64,000 nt of DNA, from IMG/VR virus record IMGVR_UViG_3300046171_000314, positions 64,001-128,000 of that record. The stretch is one strand, 5' to 3'. The notes under the pieces were generated by a model. The model had not been told where the DNA came from. It searched no databases and saw only the letters and a list, made by a program, of their open reading frames with translations. This DNA is from a virus. Positions within the stretch are counted from its first letter, which is position 1; every line of letters starts with the position of its first letter. Made by a program: the position numbers and the translations under genes. Below are positions 55,595 through 64,000 of this stretch, in pieces.

Positions 55595-56278
55595 ATGGCT
55601 ATGCTTGGACAAGCGAGTGGTGGTTTTACTGAAAGTTCATCTTCTCTTCGTCTGTTGCATGTTGGTATTCGCAACTCAACAGGTGTTTTGGCTGATGATG
55701 CTTTCACACAAACTAACCCCGTAGGCTCAATTTTGGCAGGCGAAAGCACTGCTACATATGCAACAAATTCCCCACAAGTAGCAACATCTGTATTGGGTGT
55801 TCTCAGTGGTTCTGTTGCTTTCACAAGACCCACAACCGCAGATGGTGGGAACAACGAAATCGGTGGACTTGGCTTTGCCTCTCTTAGTGGTGTTGCTACT
55901 GTCGTTGCTGACCTTAAAGCAGGACAAACAAACTGTATAGGTGTTCGCCCTATTGGTTGTTTCATCAATCACGCAGCAGGTTATTCTTTCGAGAACACCC
56001 CTGCTCTTGCATCTTCTAAGTCACCTTATGTATCTGCACAAGGAACTTACGCAAACTCATTGTTTGAAACGGTAAGACCTGCCTCTGTAGGTGTTAATGT
56101 TACTTATCTTGTTGGGAACACTCTTGTACCATCTATCAATGGATTCCTTATTTCATTGGAAGGTTGTGTTTCGGCAGACGATTGTTACAATGGTGGTGAT
56201 ACACCTGAAACAATCGGTATCTTAAAAATGGTTTCTGATTCTGCACAAGATGAAATCATGTATGACCAACGAATTTAG
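55595..56278 (+). CDS. capsid decoration / minor capsid protein
   Basis: Directly upstream of MCP, Gly/Ala/Thr-rich, biased codon use; class A-like motif 55482-55498. Confidence 0.65.
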   Translation: MAMLGQASGGFTESSSSLRLLHVGIRNSTGVLADDAFTQTNPVGSILAGESTATYATNSPQVATSVLGVLSGSVAFTRPTTADGGNNEIGGLGFASLSGVATVVADLKAGQTNCIGVRPIGCFINHAAGYSFENTPALASSKSPYVSAQGTYANSLFETVRPASVGVNVTYLVGNTLVPSINGFLISLEGCVSADDCYNGGDTPETIGILKMVSDSAQDEIMYDQRI

Positions 56279-56292
56279 GAGGAGGTTAAAAA

Positions 56293-57165
56293 ATGTCTAA
56301 TGTTAATAATGCTGTAAAGCAAAAAATTATTTCTGATTATATCAAAACTCCTCAAGGGCGTGCAAAACTTGCTGCTTCTATGACTCAACCGCTTCGTTTG
56401 CGTAGAGATTATAGTTCGGTTGGTCGTAAGACTTTCCTTGTGGAACAACTACCTGATGGTGCTCTTCCTATCTATGATAAAGACCCTGACGTAACTGCTT
56501 ATGTTGTTGGTGAAGAAGGTGAAAACATTCTTGCTATCACTAAGCCTCGTCGTGTTATTTTTCCATTGTTTGAAATTGCATCCAACCCTGAAATTCCTTT
56601 GACACAAATCAAAGAGCGTCGTTTCGACTTGATCGAACGTGCTCAAGACTTGGCTCGTGCTCAAATCCAAGCCGCAGAAGATGAGCGAGTATTCGCTACT
56701 CTTGATGGTGTTGCTACTAACGGATTTGATTCTTTGGGAACTGAAAATGCTGACATTCCTGTTGTTGCTCCTGTTACAGGTGCAGTACTTGCTGATGCAT
56801 ATGCTCTCATCGAACGCCACGATCTTCGTGTTGCTCGTGTCTTTATGAATGCTCGTGACTATGCTGACCTTCGTAAGTTTGGTCGTGACATTCTTGACAT
56901 CGAATCTCAAAGAGATTTGTTGAAGACAGGTCTTATGGGAACTCTTTGGGGTGCTCAAATCATTACTTCACGTATCGTTCCTGTTGGAACTGTATATGTT
57001 GCTTGTGAGCCTGAGTACTTTGGTCGTATTCCTGTTCGTACCGAACTTACTGTTCTTTCTGCTGATGATCCTAAGGCTCGTACCATTGGTTTCTCAGTAT
57101 TTGAAAATCTCGGTATCGGTTGTTTCAATCCAAAAGGACTTGTTCGTTTGTCAATTACTCGATAA
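56293..57165 (+). CDS. major capsid protein (HK97 fold)
   Basis: KLAASM.QPL...DY, P.FEIASNP.I, QAAEDERVF, GTLWGAQI, IGFSVFE.LGI; resembles mycobacteriophage Bxz1-type MCPs from memory; strong RBS and terminator. Confidence 0.9.
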   Translation: MSNVNNAVKQKIISDYIKTPQGRAKLAASMTQPLRLRRDYSSVGRKTFLVEQLPDGALPIYDKDPDVTAYVVGEEGENILAITKPRRVIFPLFEIASNPEIPLTQIKERRFDLIERAQDLARAQIQAAEDERVFATLDGVATNGFDSLGTENADIPVVAPVTGAVLADAYALIERHDLRVARVFMNARDYADLRKFGRDILDIESQRDLLKTGLMGTLWGAQIITSRIVPVGTVYVACEPEYFGRIPVRTELTVLSADDPKARTIGFSVFENLGIGCFNPKGLVRLSITR

Positions 57166-57190
57166 TCGACTTAGAACTGTCACTTGACCT

Positions 57191-57221
57191 AAAACCCTCC
57201 GTATTGCACGGAGGGTTTTTT
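57191..57221 (+). terminator. rho-independent terminator after MCP
   Basis: AAAACCCTCCGT-ATTGC-ACGGAGGGTTTT. Confidence 0.85.
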
Positions 57222-57267
57222 AATAATTGTCCTATACTTCCCCGTTATGTAAGTAGGGGAGTCTTCT

Positions 57268-57501
57268 ATGAAAGATGTTGTAAGTTTGACCGATTTTCGT
57301 TTGGCAGGGTTTTTAGTTTCAAAGGGGGCAACCCTTTTGAGAACTTCCAAGAACAACAAAGGTGAAGTTGTTTTTACTTTTGATGACAGTGATGGCACAG
57401 CCACGAAAACACTTATGTCTTTCCCAAATTCCCCTGAACAAAGATACGACTCTGCTTGCAAAACAATGTATGACCTAGTAAAAGTTGAACTGCGGAAGTA
57501 A
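57268..57501 (+). CDS. small protein, DUF5659-like
   Basis: TDFRLAGFL..KG..L.......VVFTF; class A motif 57222-57237. Confidence 0.55.
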   Translation: MKDVVSLTDFRLAGFLVSKGATLLRTSKNNKGEVVFTFDDSDGTATKTLMSFPNSPEQRYDSACKTMYDLVKVELRK

Positions 57502-57565
57502 ATTATTAGGGTATAATGCCACACCCTTTACAATATCATTACACTATATTTATGGAGTTTTTCCT

Positions 57566-57934
57566 ATGAGCACACGACAAGAAGATATTTCTGAATTGAA
57601 TGAACGACTCGAAAACCTTGCGAGCAAACGCTTGGTGGTTTTTGAAGAATACAAAACTGAATCTCAAGGTCTAAATGACAAAGCCAAGTCTATCTTAGAA
57701 GAGGCAGGCATTTTGGAACAATGGACAGAGTTGGAAAAAGAGAAAGCCGAGTTGAACGCTCGCTTTCAAAAATTGCTTGACCCCTACAACAATGCAATTC
57801 AACAAGTTCAAGGTGTCCGAAATTGGTTGAGTTCAAAAGAGAATCCTGTTGCCCCTGAGGTCGCCCCTGCGATTTCTGAGGAGACCGTTGCATTAGAGTC
57901 TTCTCTTGAAGAAGGTGGCGAGGACACCGAATAA
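57566..57934 (+). CDS. coiled-coil hypothetical protein
   Basis: Start revised to MSTRQE (GGAG RBS). Confidence 0.65.
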   Translation: MSTRQEDISELNERLENLASKRLVVFEEYKTESQGLNDKAKSILEEAGILEQWTELEKEKAELNARFQKLLDPYNNAIQQVQGVRNWLSSKENPVAPEVAPAISEETVALESSLEEGGEDTE

Positions 57935-58116
57935 CTTTTTTACTTTCAAATAAATTAGGGTGAAACTAATCTATCAAATGAGAAGGTCATTTTTTTAATG
58001 GTCTTCTCATTTTTCTATTTATATCTCCTTGTAATAGGGTGACTATTCTAAATCATTCTATGGTGTGCAATTGCATCATTCTTTTCTCTTTCTAAAAAAC
58101 ATAATAGGAGTTTATT

Positions 58117-61100
58117 ATGGCTGATTTTTCAACAGGTAGTGGTATTAGCGGTAGCGGTATCAGTGCTAGTGGGGACAATGACAATTTGTCTCTTGCTTTT
58201 ATTAACTTAAAAGGACAAACTGTCGCAGTGGGCGAGGCTCACGATGTCGAACTTGGTTTCTCTGCCTTAACTATTGGTACAGATTCAGGTTCTCTTGAAC
58301 TGTTATCCACAGGCAACATGCTATTTGATGCCTCGCAATACACTTTTCAGACAGGTGCTGTCAATTTCGATGCTGCTGTCACTATGGATACCACTCTTGG
58401 TGTCGATGGTGTTCTGACAGTTAATGATACTTCTGAGGCAACAAGTGCTACAACAGGTTCTGTCATAATAGATGGTGGTGTTGGTATTGCTAAGGATCTT
58501 TATGTAGGTATTGACCTCCATGTAGCAGGCGACCTTATTGCTGTCGGTGATGTAGCAGGTGCGACAGGTACTTTCGGATCACTCACTGTTGGTGGTGGTT
58601 ACGGTAGTTCAGGTGTTTCTGTATCAGCCACAGGTGACATTCAAGCGAATGGTGATCTTGATGTTGATGGTGCTATCACAGGAACAGGTGGAGCAAATAT
58701 CTCAGGTGGCGAGACAGTATTATCTTCTGCTACTGTATCTGACTTGACCGATAATCGTGTTGTTCTTGCAGGAACAGCAGGTGTTCTTGAAGATAGTGCA
58801 AACCTTACATATAATGGTACTGTGCTTACAATCGGTGGTCAATCACAAGGTACTACCGCATTATCTGTTTCAGGGGATGCCGTAGTTACAGGTGATCTTA
58901 CTGTTAATGGTGTTACCGTTACAGCAAATGCCGAAACAGTATTGTTTGAAGATACCATTCTTCAACTTGCAAACAATACCACTTTCAACTCCAATTCTCT
59001 TGATGTTGGTTGGATGTATGAATATGCTAGTGGAGACTTCAAAGGTACTATTTATGACAATAATGCGAGTGAGTTTGCTTTCTTTGAAAATGGTGCGGAA
59101 GGTAGTACAGGTGTTATTACTATCAGCACTTATGCTGATATTCGTATCAAAGACCTTACAGCCGTAGGCGGAACATTTTCAGGAAATATTAGTGCTGTCG
59201 ATGCTATTTTCACAGGTAACCTTCAGGTTGATGGTAACACAACTCTCGGTGACGCTGATACTGACACTCTTTCAATTAATGCTAAGGTTGATACAGCCAT
59301 TATCCCAAGTGGTAGTGTAAGTCTTGGTTCTGCAACAGCAAGTGAGCAATGGACATCTATCTTTGCTGTCAGTGGTGTCTTGGGTAATGGAACAAGTGCT
59401 TCTCTTACTTTTAATGGTGCATCAGGTAATAATACTTTCCAAGTTCCCAATAATGCTCAGGATGCTTTGTCTATCATAGATTCAGGTTCTACTGACATTA
59501 TGGTGTTTGATAGTGTTGACGAAGAGATCCAAATTGCTAACTACGATGTATTTATCACCAATGGTCTTGATGTTGATGGAACAACCAATCTTGATGTTGT
59601 AGATATTGATGGTGGTCTTACTGCCGACACCGCTACCATTGAAGACCTTAATGTTGTTAATGCTGTTGTCTTTACAGATGCAAATGGTACTCTTGATAAC
59701 GATGCTACTCTGACCTTCGACACATCAAGTGCAACGAACGAACTTGCTTTGACAGGAAGTATGACCATTTCTGTTGATCTTGATGTTGATGGTATTGCAA
59801 ATCTTGATGTTGTGGATATTGATGGTGGTGCTAATATCGCAAGCGGTGCTGTTATTGATACCCTACAAGTCTCAGACTTGTCCGATGGTCGGGTTGTCTT
59901 GGCAGGTACATCAGGCGAACTTGAAGATAGTGCGAACTTGACCTTCAGTGGCTCTGCATTAGTTGTTACAGGTACTGCTGCTATCACCTCTACTCTTGAT
60001 GTTGGAAGTACCTCTACCTTTGCCGATACCATTACATTAGATGGTGGGTCTACCGCTACTCAGACAATTAATTTTGCCACAGGTGGTAACGGAAGGCTTC
60101 TCGCAGCAGATGAATTGCATCTCGATGGTGACATTGTTGAAGTCGCAGCAAGTGCAGGAAAGATTACTCTTGACTCTTCAACAGGTGTTGTTGAAATCAA
60201 CGGTATTACTATCACAGAAAGTGCCGCTCAAACACACAATGATATCTTCGCTCAAATTTCTTTGGGAAGTAGCAATGTTGCTTTCTTGTATGAAGATTAT
60301 CAAAGAGAAGAAAGTGAGACTTCAGATCATCTCGGTGCTGATCATGATGTATTTGGTGTCAATGAGTTGCTTGGTTTCAAGCCAATCTCTAAGCCTACTA
60401 TTGACTTGGCAGAAGATAGAGGACAGGGACACCTTTACTCTGTAAATACCTCTGTTGTCGAAAACCAACTTGTCTTTACGAATCTTGCTAATGGTGATGG
60501 TTTCAAGATAGCATTTGACGATGGCGGTTCTTCTTCCACTATCCAAGTTGACATCAACAACCCTGCCTCACCCTCCGCCCCGTACTATGTTTGGGCAGCA
60601 GGTGGTGTTGCTATTAATGTCGGTGCTGATGATAATGAAACTGTTCAAAGACTTGCGAATGCTTTGCAAGCAGCGGATGCGAACAATCCATTCAATGGGC
60701 TACAGGTTGTTGCAGAACAAAATGCTCTTAAAATTGTTCAAGAAGATGCTGCCAAGCCTTTTGAGTCGCCTGTTCTCACTAGCATTACTGATGCCGCAGG
60801 ATCTGACTTAGTTATCAATGACTTCCCTGCTAATGGGGCAGGAACAGCAGCGTTTGTCAACGGAGCAATCAATCAGCCTGAACTTTATTGGGAAGATATC
60901 AAAATCACTAAGTGGACAGGTACTACTTACACCTTTGGTACTGACCTTCAAGCGGCTTATGACTCTGCCTCTGCTGACCAAGATGTTCCTTCAATCATAA
61001 TGGATGGTCAATACGACCTTTCTATTGAACTTGGAGATAGTTCCAAGTTTCAATTGGAGCGTTCATCGAAAGCAGTAATCAACCGACATACGCTTACTTA

Positions 61101-62082
61101 TGAAGGTGAGGCTGATCCAAGTTTGAGCAATGCTAATGTTTCTGAAATTCAGGACAGTGGTTTAGCCTTTGGACATGCCTCTATGTTCTGTGGTGAGTAT
61201 GACTCTACAAATGCTGATGCGACTACTTTGCCCGCAGGTCTTGCTGTTGTTTCAAAAGAACAAAGTGTTATACAGGTTGTTTTTGATGCAAGCACAACAG
61301 GGGCTAACTTGCAGACTAAGATCGTTGCTCTTGAACGTGTTACTACTGCTCCTTTTACTCAAGGAACAGGTACTTCCATTGATTACCAAGAAGGTGGGGC
61401 TTCTCCAAGAGGATGGACTATCAGTAATCCATTCGACTTGAAGTCTAGTATTGAGGCTCTTGCAAATGCAATCAACACCTCTAACGGACCACAAGCAGGG
61501 AGTGCTTCGGACAGATTTTTCAAAGCATCTGTCATTGATATGGGAACTGATGGCGTAATGCTTCAAGTTATCGGTATCAATAATCCTGAGAGAGCCTACA
61601 TTGATATGAGTGGGACTACCATCCTTGCATCAAATCTATCTCTTGTACAACAAAGACAAGTATCTGCTTTGTATAAAGCAGATTCCTCAGAGTCTTCTGA
61701 CTCGATTGTTGGGATTGTTGCTAAGGGTGCTTCTCACGGTGATATGGTGCAATTGCATCAACCAAACACTGTCTTTGAGATTTCCCTTGCCTCAAACGTT
61801 ACAGGGGCAGTAGGTCGAGAGTATCCTACTATCGGGGAAGAAATGTTTGTTGCTAATGAGGTTGGAACAGGTGAAAAGGGAGTCTTTATTCCTGCACAAC
61901 ATCTTGGTGATGCTACTCTTGGATTGGATGCAGGATCTCAGATATTCTCTGTGGGTTATGTTGCAGCCGCTCCTGAGGCAATTTGGGACCCCTCCGCTAA
62001 TAGTGGTGCAGGTGGCTTTGTCTCTGCCCAAGTTGGTTGGCAGATCAAGTATCTTCCACGATTTGTTGCAATCAAGCCATAA
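58117..62082 (+). CDS. long fibre / virion appendage protein
   Basis: 1321 aa, Gly/Thr/Asp-rich; SATTGSVIIDGGVGIAKDL fibre motif; internal repeats. Confidence 0.8.
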   Translation: MADFSTGSGISGSGISASGDNDNLSLAFINLKGQTVAVGEAHDVELGFSALTIGTDSGSLELLSTGNMLFDASQYTFQTGAVNFDAAVTMDTTLGVDGVLTVNDTSEATSATTGSVIIDGGVGIAKDLYVGIDLHVAGDLIAVGDVAGATGTFGSLTVGGGYGSSGVSVSATGDIQANGDLDVDGAITGTGGANISGGETVLSSATVSDLTDNRVVLAGTAGVLEDSANLTYNGTVLTIGGQSQGTTALSVSGDAVVTGDLTVNGVTVTANAETVLFEDTILQLANNTTFNSNSLDVGWMYEYASGDFKGTIYDNNASEFAFFENGAEGSTGVITISTYADIRIKDLTAVGGTFSGNISAVDAIFTGNLQVDGNTTLGDADTDTLSINAKVDTAIIPSGSVSLGSATASEQWTSIFAVSGVLGNGTSASLTFNGASGNNTFQVPNNAQDALSIIDSGSTDIMVFDSVDEEIQIANYDVFITNGLDVDGTTNLDVVDIDGGLTADTATIEDLNVVNAVVFTDANGTLDNDATLTFDTSSATNELALTGSMTISVDLDVDGIANLDVVDIDGGANIASGAVIDTLQVSDLSDGRVVLAGTSGELEDSANLTFSGSALVVTGTAAITSTLDVGSTSTFADTITLDGGSTATQTINFATGGNGRLLAADELHLDGDIVEVAASAGKITLDSSTGVVEINGITITESAAQTHNDIFAQISLGSSNVAFLYEDYQREESETSDHLGADHDVFGVNELLGFKPISKPTIDLAEDRGQGHLYSVNTSVVENQLVFTNLANGDGFKIAFDDGGSSSTIQVDINNPASPSAPYYVWAAGGVAINVGADDNETVQRLANALQAADANNPFNGLQVVAEQNALKIVQEDAAKPFESPVLTSITDAAGSDLVINDFPANGAGTAAFVNGAINQPELYWEDIKITKWTGTTYTFGTDLQAAYDSASADQDVPSIIMDGQYDLSIELGDSSKFQLERSSKAVINRHTLTYEGEADPSLSNANVSEIQDSGLAFGHASMFCGEYDSTNADATTLPAGLAVVSKEQSVIQVVFDASTTGANLQTKIVALERVTTAPFTQGTGTSIDYQEGGASPRGWTISNPFDLKSSIEALANAINTSNGPQAGSASDRFFKASVIDMGTDGVMLQVIGINNPERAYIDMSGTTILASNLSLVQQRQVSALYKADSSESSDSIVGIVAKGASHGDMVQLHQPNTVFEISLASNVTGAVGREYPTIGEEMFVANEVGTGEKGVFIPAQHLGDATLGLDAGSQIFSVGYVAAAPEAIWDPSANSGAGGFVSAQVGWQIKYLPRFVAIKP

Positions 62083-62111
62083 TACTTGAATAGTCAATAA
62101 CTTTAAGTTAT

Positions 62112-62146
62112 CCCCCACTTCTTTTGAGGTGGGGGTTTTCTTTTTT
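62112..62146 (+). terminator. rho-independent terminator
   Basis: CCCCCACTTC-TTTT-GAGGTGGGGG then T-rich. Confidence 0.8.
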
Positions 62147-62208
62147 GGGTATAGTATGCACAAGTGATAATCTTTGTATATTTATCTCTCTTTGCACAGG
62201 AGATGTTT

Positions 62209-62565
62209 ATGTCTGACAATGAAGAAAAATTAGTAAATTTGGGTCTTGGTGATGCCATTCTCAGGTTGGTGCGTGTTCAATTTCAGCATCATATGAATTT
62301 TGGAGATACCAATAAAGCAAACAAAGAAGAAACACAAATGATTGTTGAGGCTCTTAATCAATATGAGTTAGACTTAGGGTTTGATTGTAATATGGATGGT
62401 GTTCCTGATACCATTGGGGATATAGCAGCCTTGAACAGCCTTAATATATTTAATGTGTCTGCGAAGACTTCTTGTTGTCGGATTTCTTTCACAGGAGAGA
62501 AGGAAGAGACCCCCAAGAAGAAGAGCACGATTCGTAGAAAGAAAACAAGTTCACGAAGAAAATAG
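62209..62565 (+). CDS. hypothetical protein
   Basis: Class A motif 62166-62181; DCNMDGVPD Ca-binding-like motif; basic tail. Confidence 0.65.
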   Translation: MSDNEEKLVNLGLGDAILRLVRVQFQHHMNFGDTNKANKEETQMIVEALNQYELDLGFDCNMDGVPDTIGDIAALNSLNIFNVSAKTSCCRISFTGEKEETPKKKSTIRRKKTSSRRK

Positions 62566-62574
62566 GAGAATAAA

Positions 62575-62889
62575 ATGTATCCAACTTTTGTTTTATTGCT
62601 TATGGCATACGCCATTTGTTTTGGTATCCAACACAAAGTGCCCTTCTTTCATAGAAAGTTTGGTTGGGTAGACAGTATGCTCGAATGTACATACTGCACA
62701 GGTTTCCACGCAGGGTGGATTACTTGGGCATTAACACACGCACTTCTTTGGAAAGCCCCTGCGGAATCCATAGGTGGAAATATCTTGTCAGTTATCTCTT
62801 GGGCTTTTGCTTCTGCTATCTTTTGCTATATTGCGGATGCTCTTGTGAAATGGTTCGAGGTTAATTCTGTTGAGATTGAGGAAGAGTAG
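62575..62889 (+). CDS. DUF1360-like membrane protein
   Basis: LECTYCTGFHAGW motif and three hydrophobic helices. Confidence 0.65.
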   Translation: MYPTFVLLLMAYAICFGIQHKVPFFHRKFGWVDSMLECTYCTGFHAGWITWALTHALLWKAPAESIGGNILSVISWAFASAIFCYIADALVKWFEVNSVEIEEE

Positions 62890-63297
62890 ATGCCAATTGC
62901 TAGACAAGGGACTAGCAGTGGTGGGTCTTCCTTTGCTCACCCCTTTCCTGCAAATGAACTTATCCCACAAGGCTCTTTGGTGGCTGTCACACACTCAGGT
63001 GGAAACACAGAAATAGAGTTAGCACAACCAAGCACCAATGGGGAACGAGCCTTAGGTTTTGCGGTGGATGAGATTGCCGAAAATGCCACAGGCAAGTTCA
63101 TAGTTAGTCGAGGGGCTTTGGTGACACCTGTGATAGCAGGAGGGGGAACGTTCACCCCTAATGACCCTGTGTATATGGTGGCGAATGGGGAGGTTTCACA
63201 AACACCTCCTTCTCAGGGTACAGTTACAATGATTGGTTATGCCACATCAACAACCGAACTTATACTTACAACAGATTTCAGGTTTATAAGACCATAA
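62890..63297 (+). CDS. capsid cement/fibre-base-like (DUF2190-like) protein
   Basis: ALGFA......G, F.PNDPVY....G.....PP......IGYA. Confidence 0.55.
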   Translation: MPIARQGTSSGGSSFAHPFPANELIPQGSLVAVTHSGGNTEIELAQPSTNGERALGFAVDEIAENATGKFIVSRGALVTPVIAGGGTFTPNDPVYMVANGEVSQTPPSQGTVTMIGYATSTTELILTTDFRFIRP

Positions 63298-63332
63298 ACT
63301 TGGTACAATAACAAACAAATTAGGAGAGCAAT

Positions 63333-64000
63333 ATGCAATTCACAAAGGGCACATTCCAAGAGTTCCGAGCGACAACCAAAGTACATTTGGGACAGGCAGG
63401 GATAGATATTCATCAGGATGACATCATTGAGTTTGATGGTCAGACATTAAATTATGGAGGCAATACTCACCAAGTTCCAACACTACGCTCGGCTATAAAG
63501 GCAGGGTGGTTTGTTTCTTCTACGGACACAACCTCTAAGTATGTTCCAAAGAGTGCTTCTATTTCTATTCGTTCAGCGAACACAGATGAGAAGAAGCAAA
63601 TGTCTGTTAAGACAGTTCAGAATGAGGAGAGGGTTGTTGGGCGAGTTCCTGAAAAAGAAGATCCTTCAAAGGTGCAAGTTCAAGATGAGGGTACTCCTGT
63701 AAAGACGACATTAAAAACCTCCACTAAACAGAAGACCGTATTGACAGACAAGACAAATGTTGATCAAGAGGTCTCTAAACTTGAAAACACACAGGTGAAG
63801 TCAAGCAAGTATCAGGTCGTTCGACAAGAAGATCAACGAGTGGAAACCTCACGAACCCCAAGTCCAAAAGCCTCTGTACAAACAAGCAGAGATGATGGGG
63901 CGATTGTTGCAGGCAAGATAAAAAGTCCTGCCAAACAAAAGATTTCCCTTGATGGGACAAACAAGTCTTTTGATCAAGTGTATGCCCCAAAGAAAGCAGA
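63333..64000 (+). CDS. hypothetical protein (3' end runs off window)
   Basis: Not in track: MQFTKGTFQEFRATTKVHLG..., TAGGAG RBS. Confidence 0.75.
   Translation, partial: MQFTKGTFQEFRATTKVHLGQAGIDIHQDDIIEFDGQTLNYGGNTHQVPTLRSAIKAGWFVSSTDTTSKYVPKSASISIRSANTDEKKQMSVKTVQNEERVVGRVPEKEDPSKVQVQDEGTPVKTTLKTSTKQKTVLTDKTNVDQEVSKLENTQVKSSKYQVVRQEDQRVETSRTPSPKASVQTSRDDGAIVAGKIKSPAKQKISLDGTNKSFDQVYAPKKA

Noticed and set aside
1-64000. Stop-codon reassignment as seen in some large phages
   Set aside because: Core genes are full length in code 11 and end with TAA, TAG and TGA; the breaks seen are frameshifts, not in-frame stops
1-64000. Avoidance explained by Dcm/EcoRII (CCWGG) or by RGCY alone
   Set aside because: CCAG/CTGG appear absent regardless of the fifth base while CCTG is abundant; AGCC and GGCT are common, so RGCY is not the target

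Overview
AT-rich 64-kb segment of a large tailed dsDNA phage genome (genetic code 11, strong GGAG/GGAGG ribosome-binding sites, no tRNAs or CRISPR seen). About 1-11 kb holds accessory and host-takeover genes: an ABC-ATPase/GNAT fusion, a sigma-70-family factor, a DenV-like glycosylase, a cytosine-deaminase-like amidohydrolase, PIN-PhoH and HU. It ends in an ORF-poor, densely base-paired interval of about 500 nt. About 11.3-33.2 kb is a bacterial-style replication/recombination module: clamp loader delta-prime, delta and gamma/tau, beta clamp, primase, class II RNR, RecD2, RuvC, RecA, split SbcC plus SbcD, a Cas4-like nuclease, NusG and a sigma-4-like protein. About 33.3-64 kb is the head/virion module: large terminase, portal, prohead protease, scaffold-like proteins, decoration proteins, major capsid protein and a 1321-aa fibre. 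Four observations stand out. (1) An apparent virion cargo-loading system. Scattered genes, mostly behind a shared RATAAT-N4-CTATAT promoter-like motif, carry a conserved ~30-aa leader or a short R-[VLI]-A helix also present in the protease and scaffolds. These tags are often bounded by [KR]-x-A putative maturation sites. Candidate cargo includes a topoisomerase IB polyprotein, a HAD phosphatase and a Dps-like protein. (2) Near-total avoidance, by eye, of CCAG/CTGG, AGCT, GGCC, GCGC and CCGG, apparently strong enough to deplete Pro-Gly and Trp-Pro dipeptides. (3) A candidate novel structured ncRNA. (4) Two phage promoter classes. All calls come from reading motifs by eye; no searches were run.
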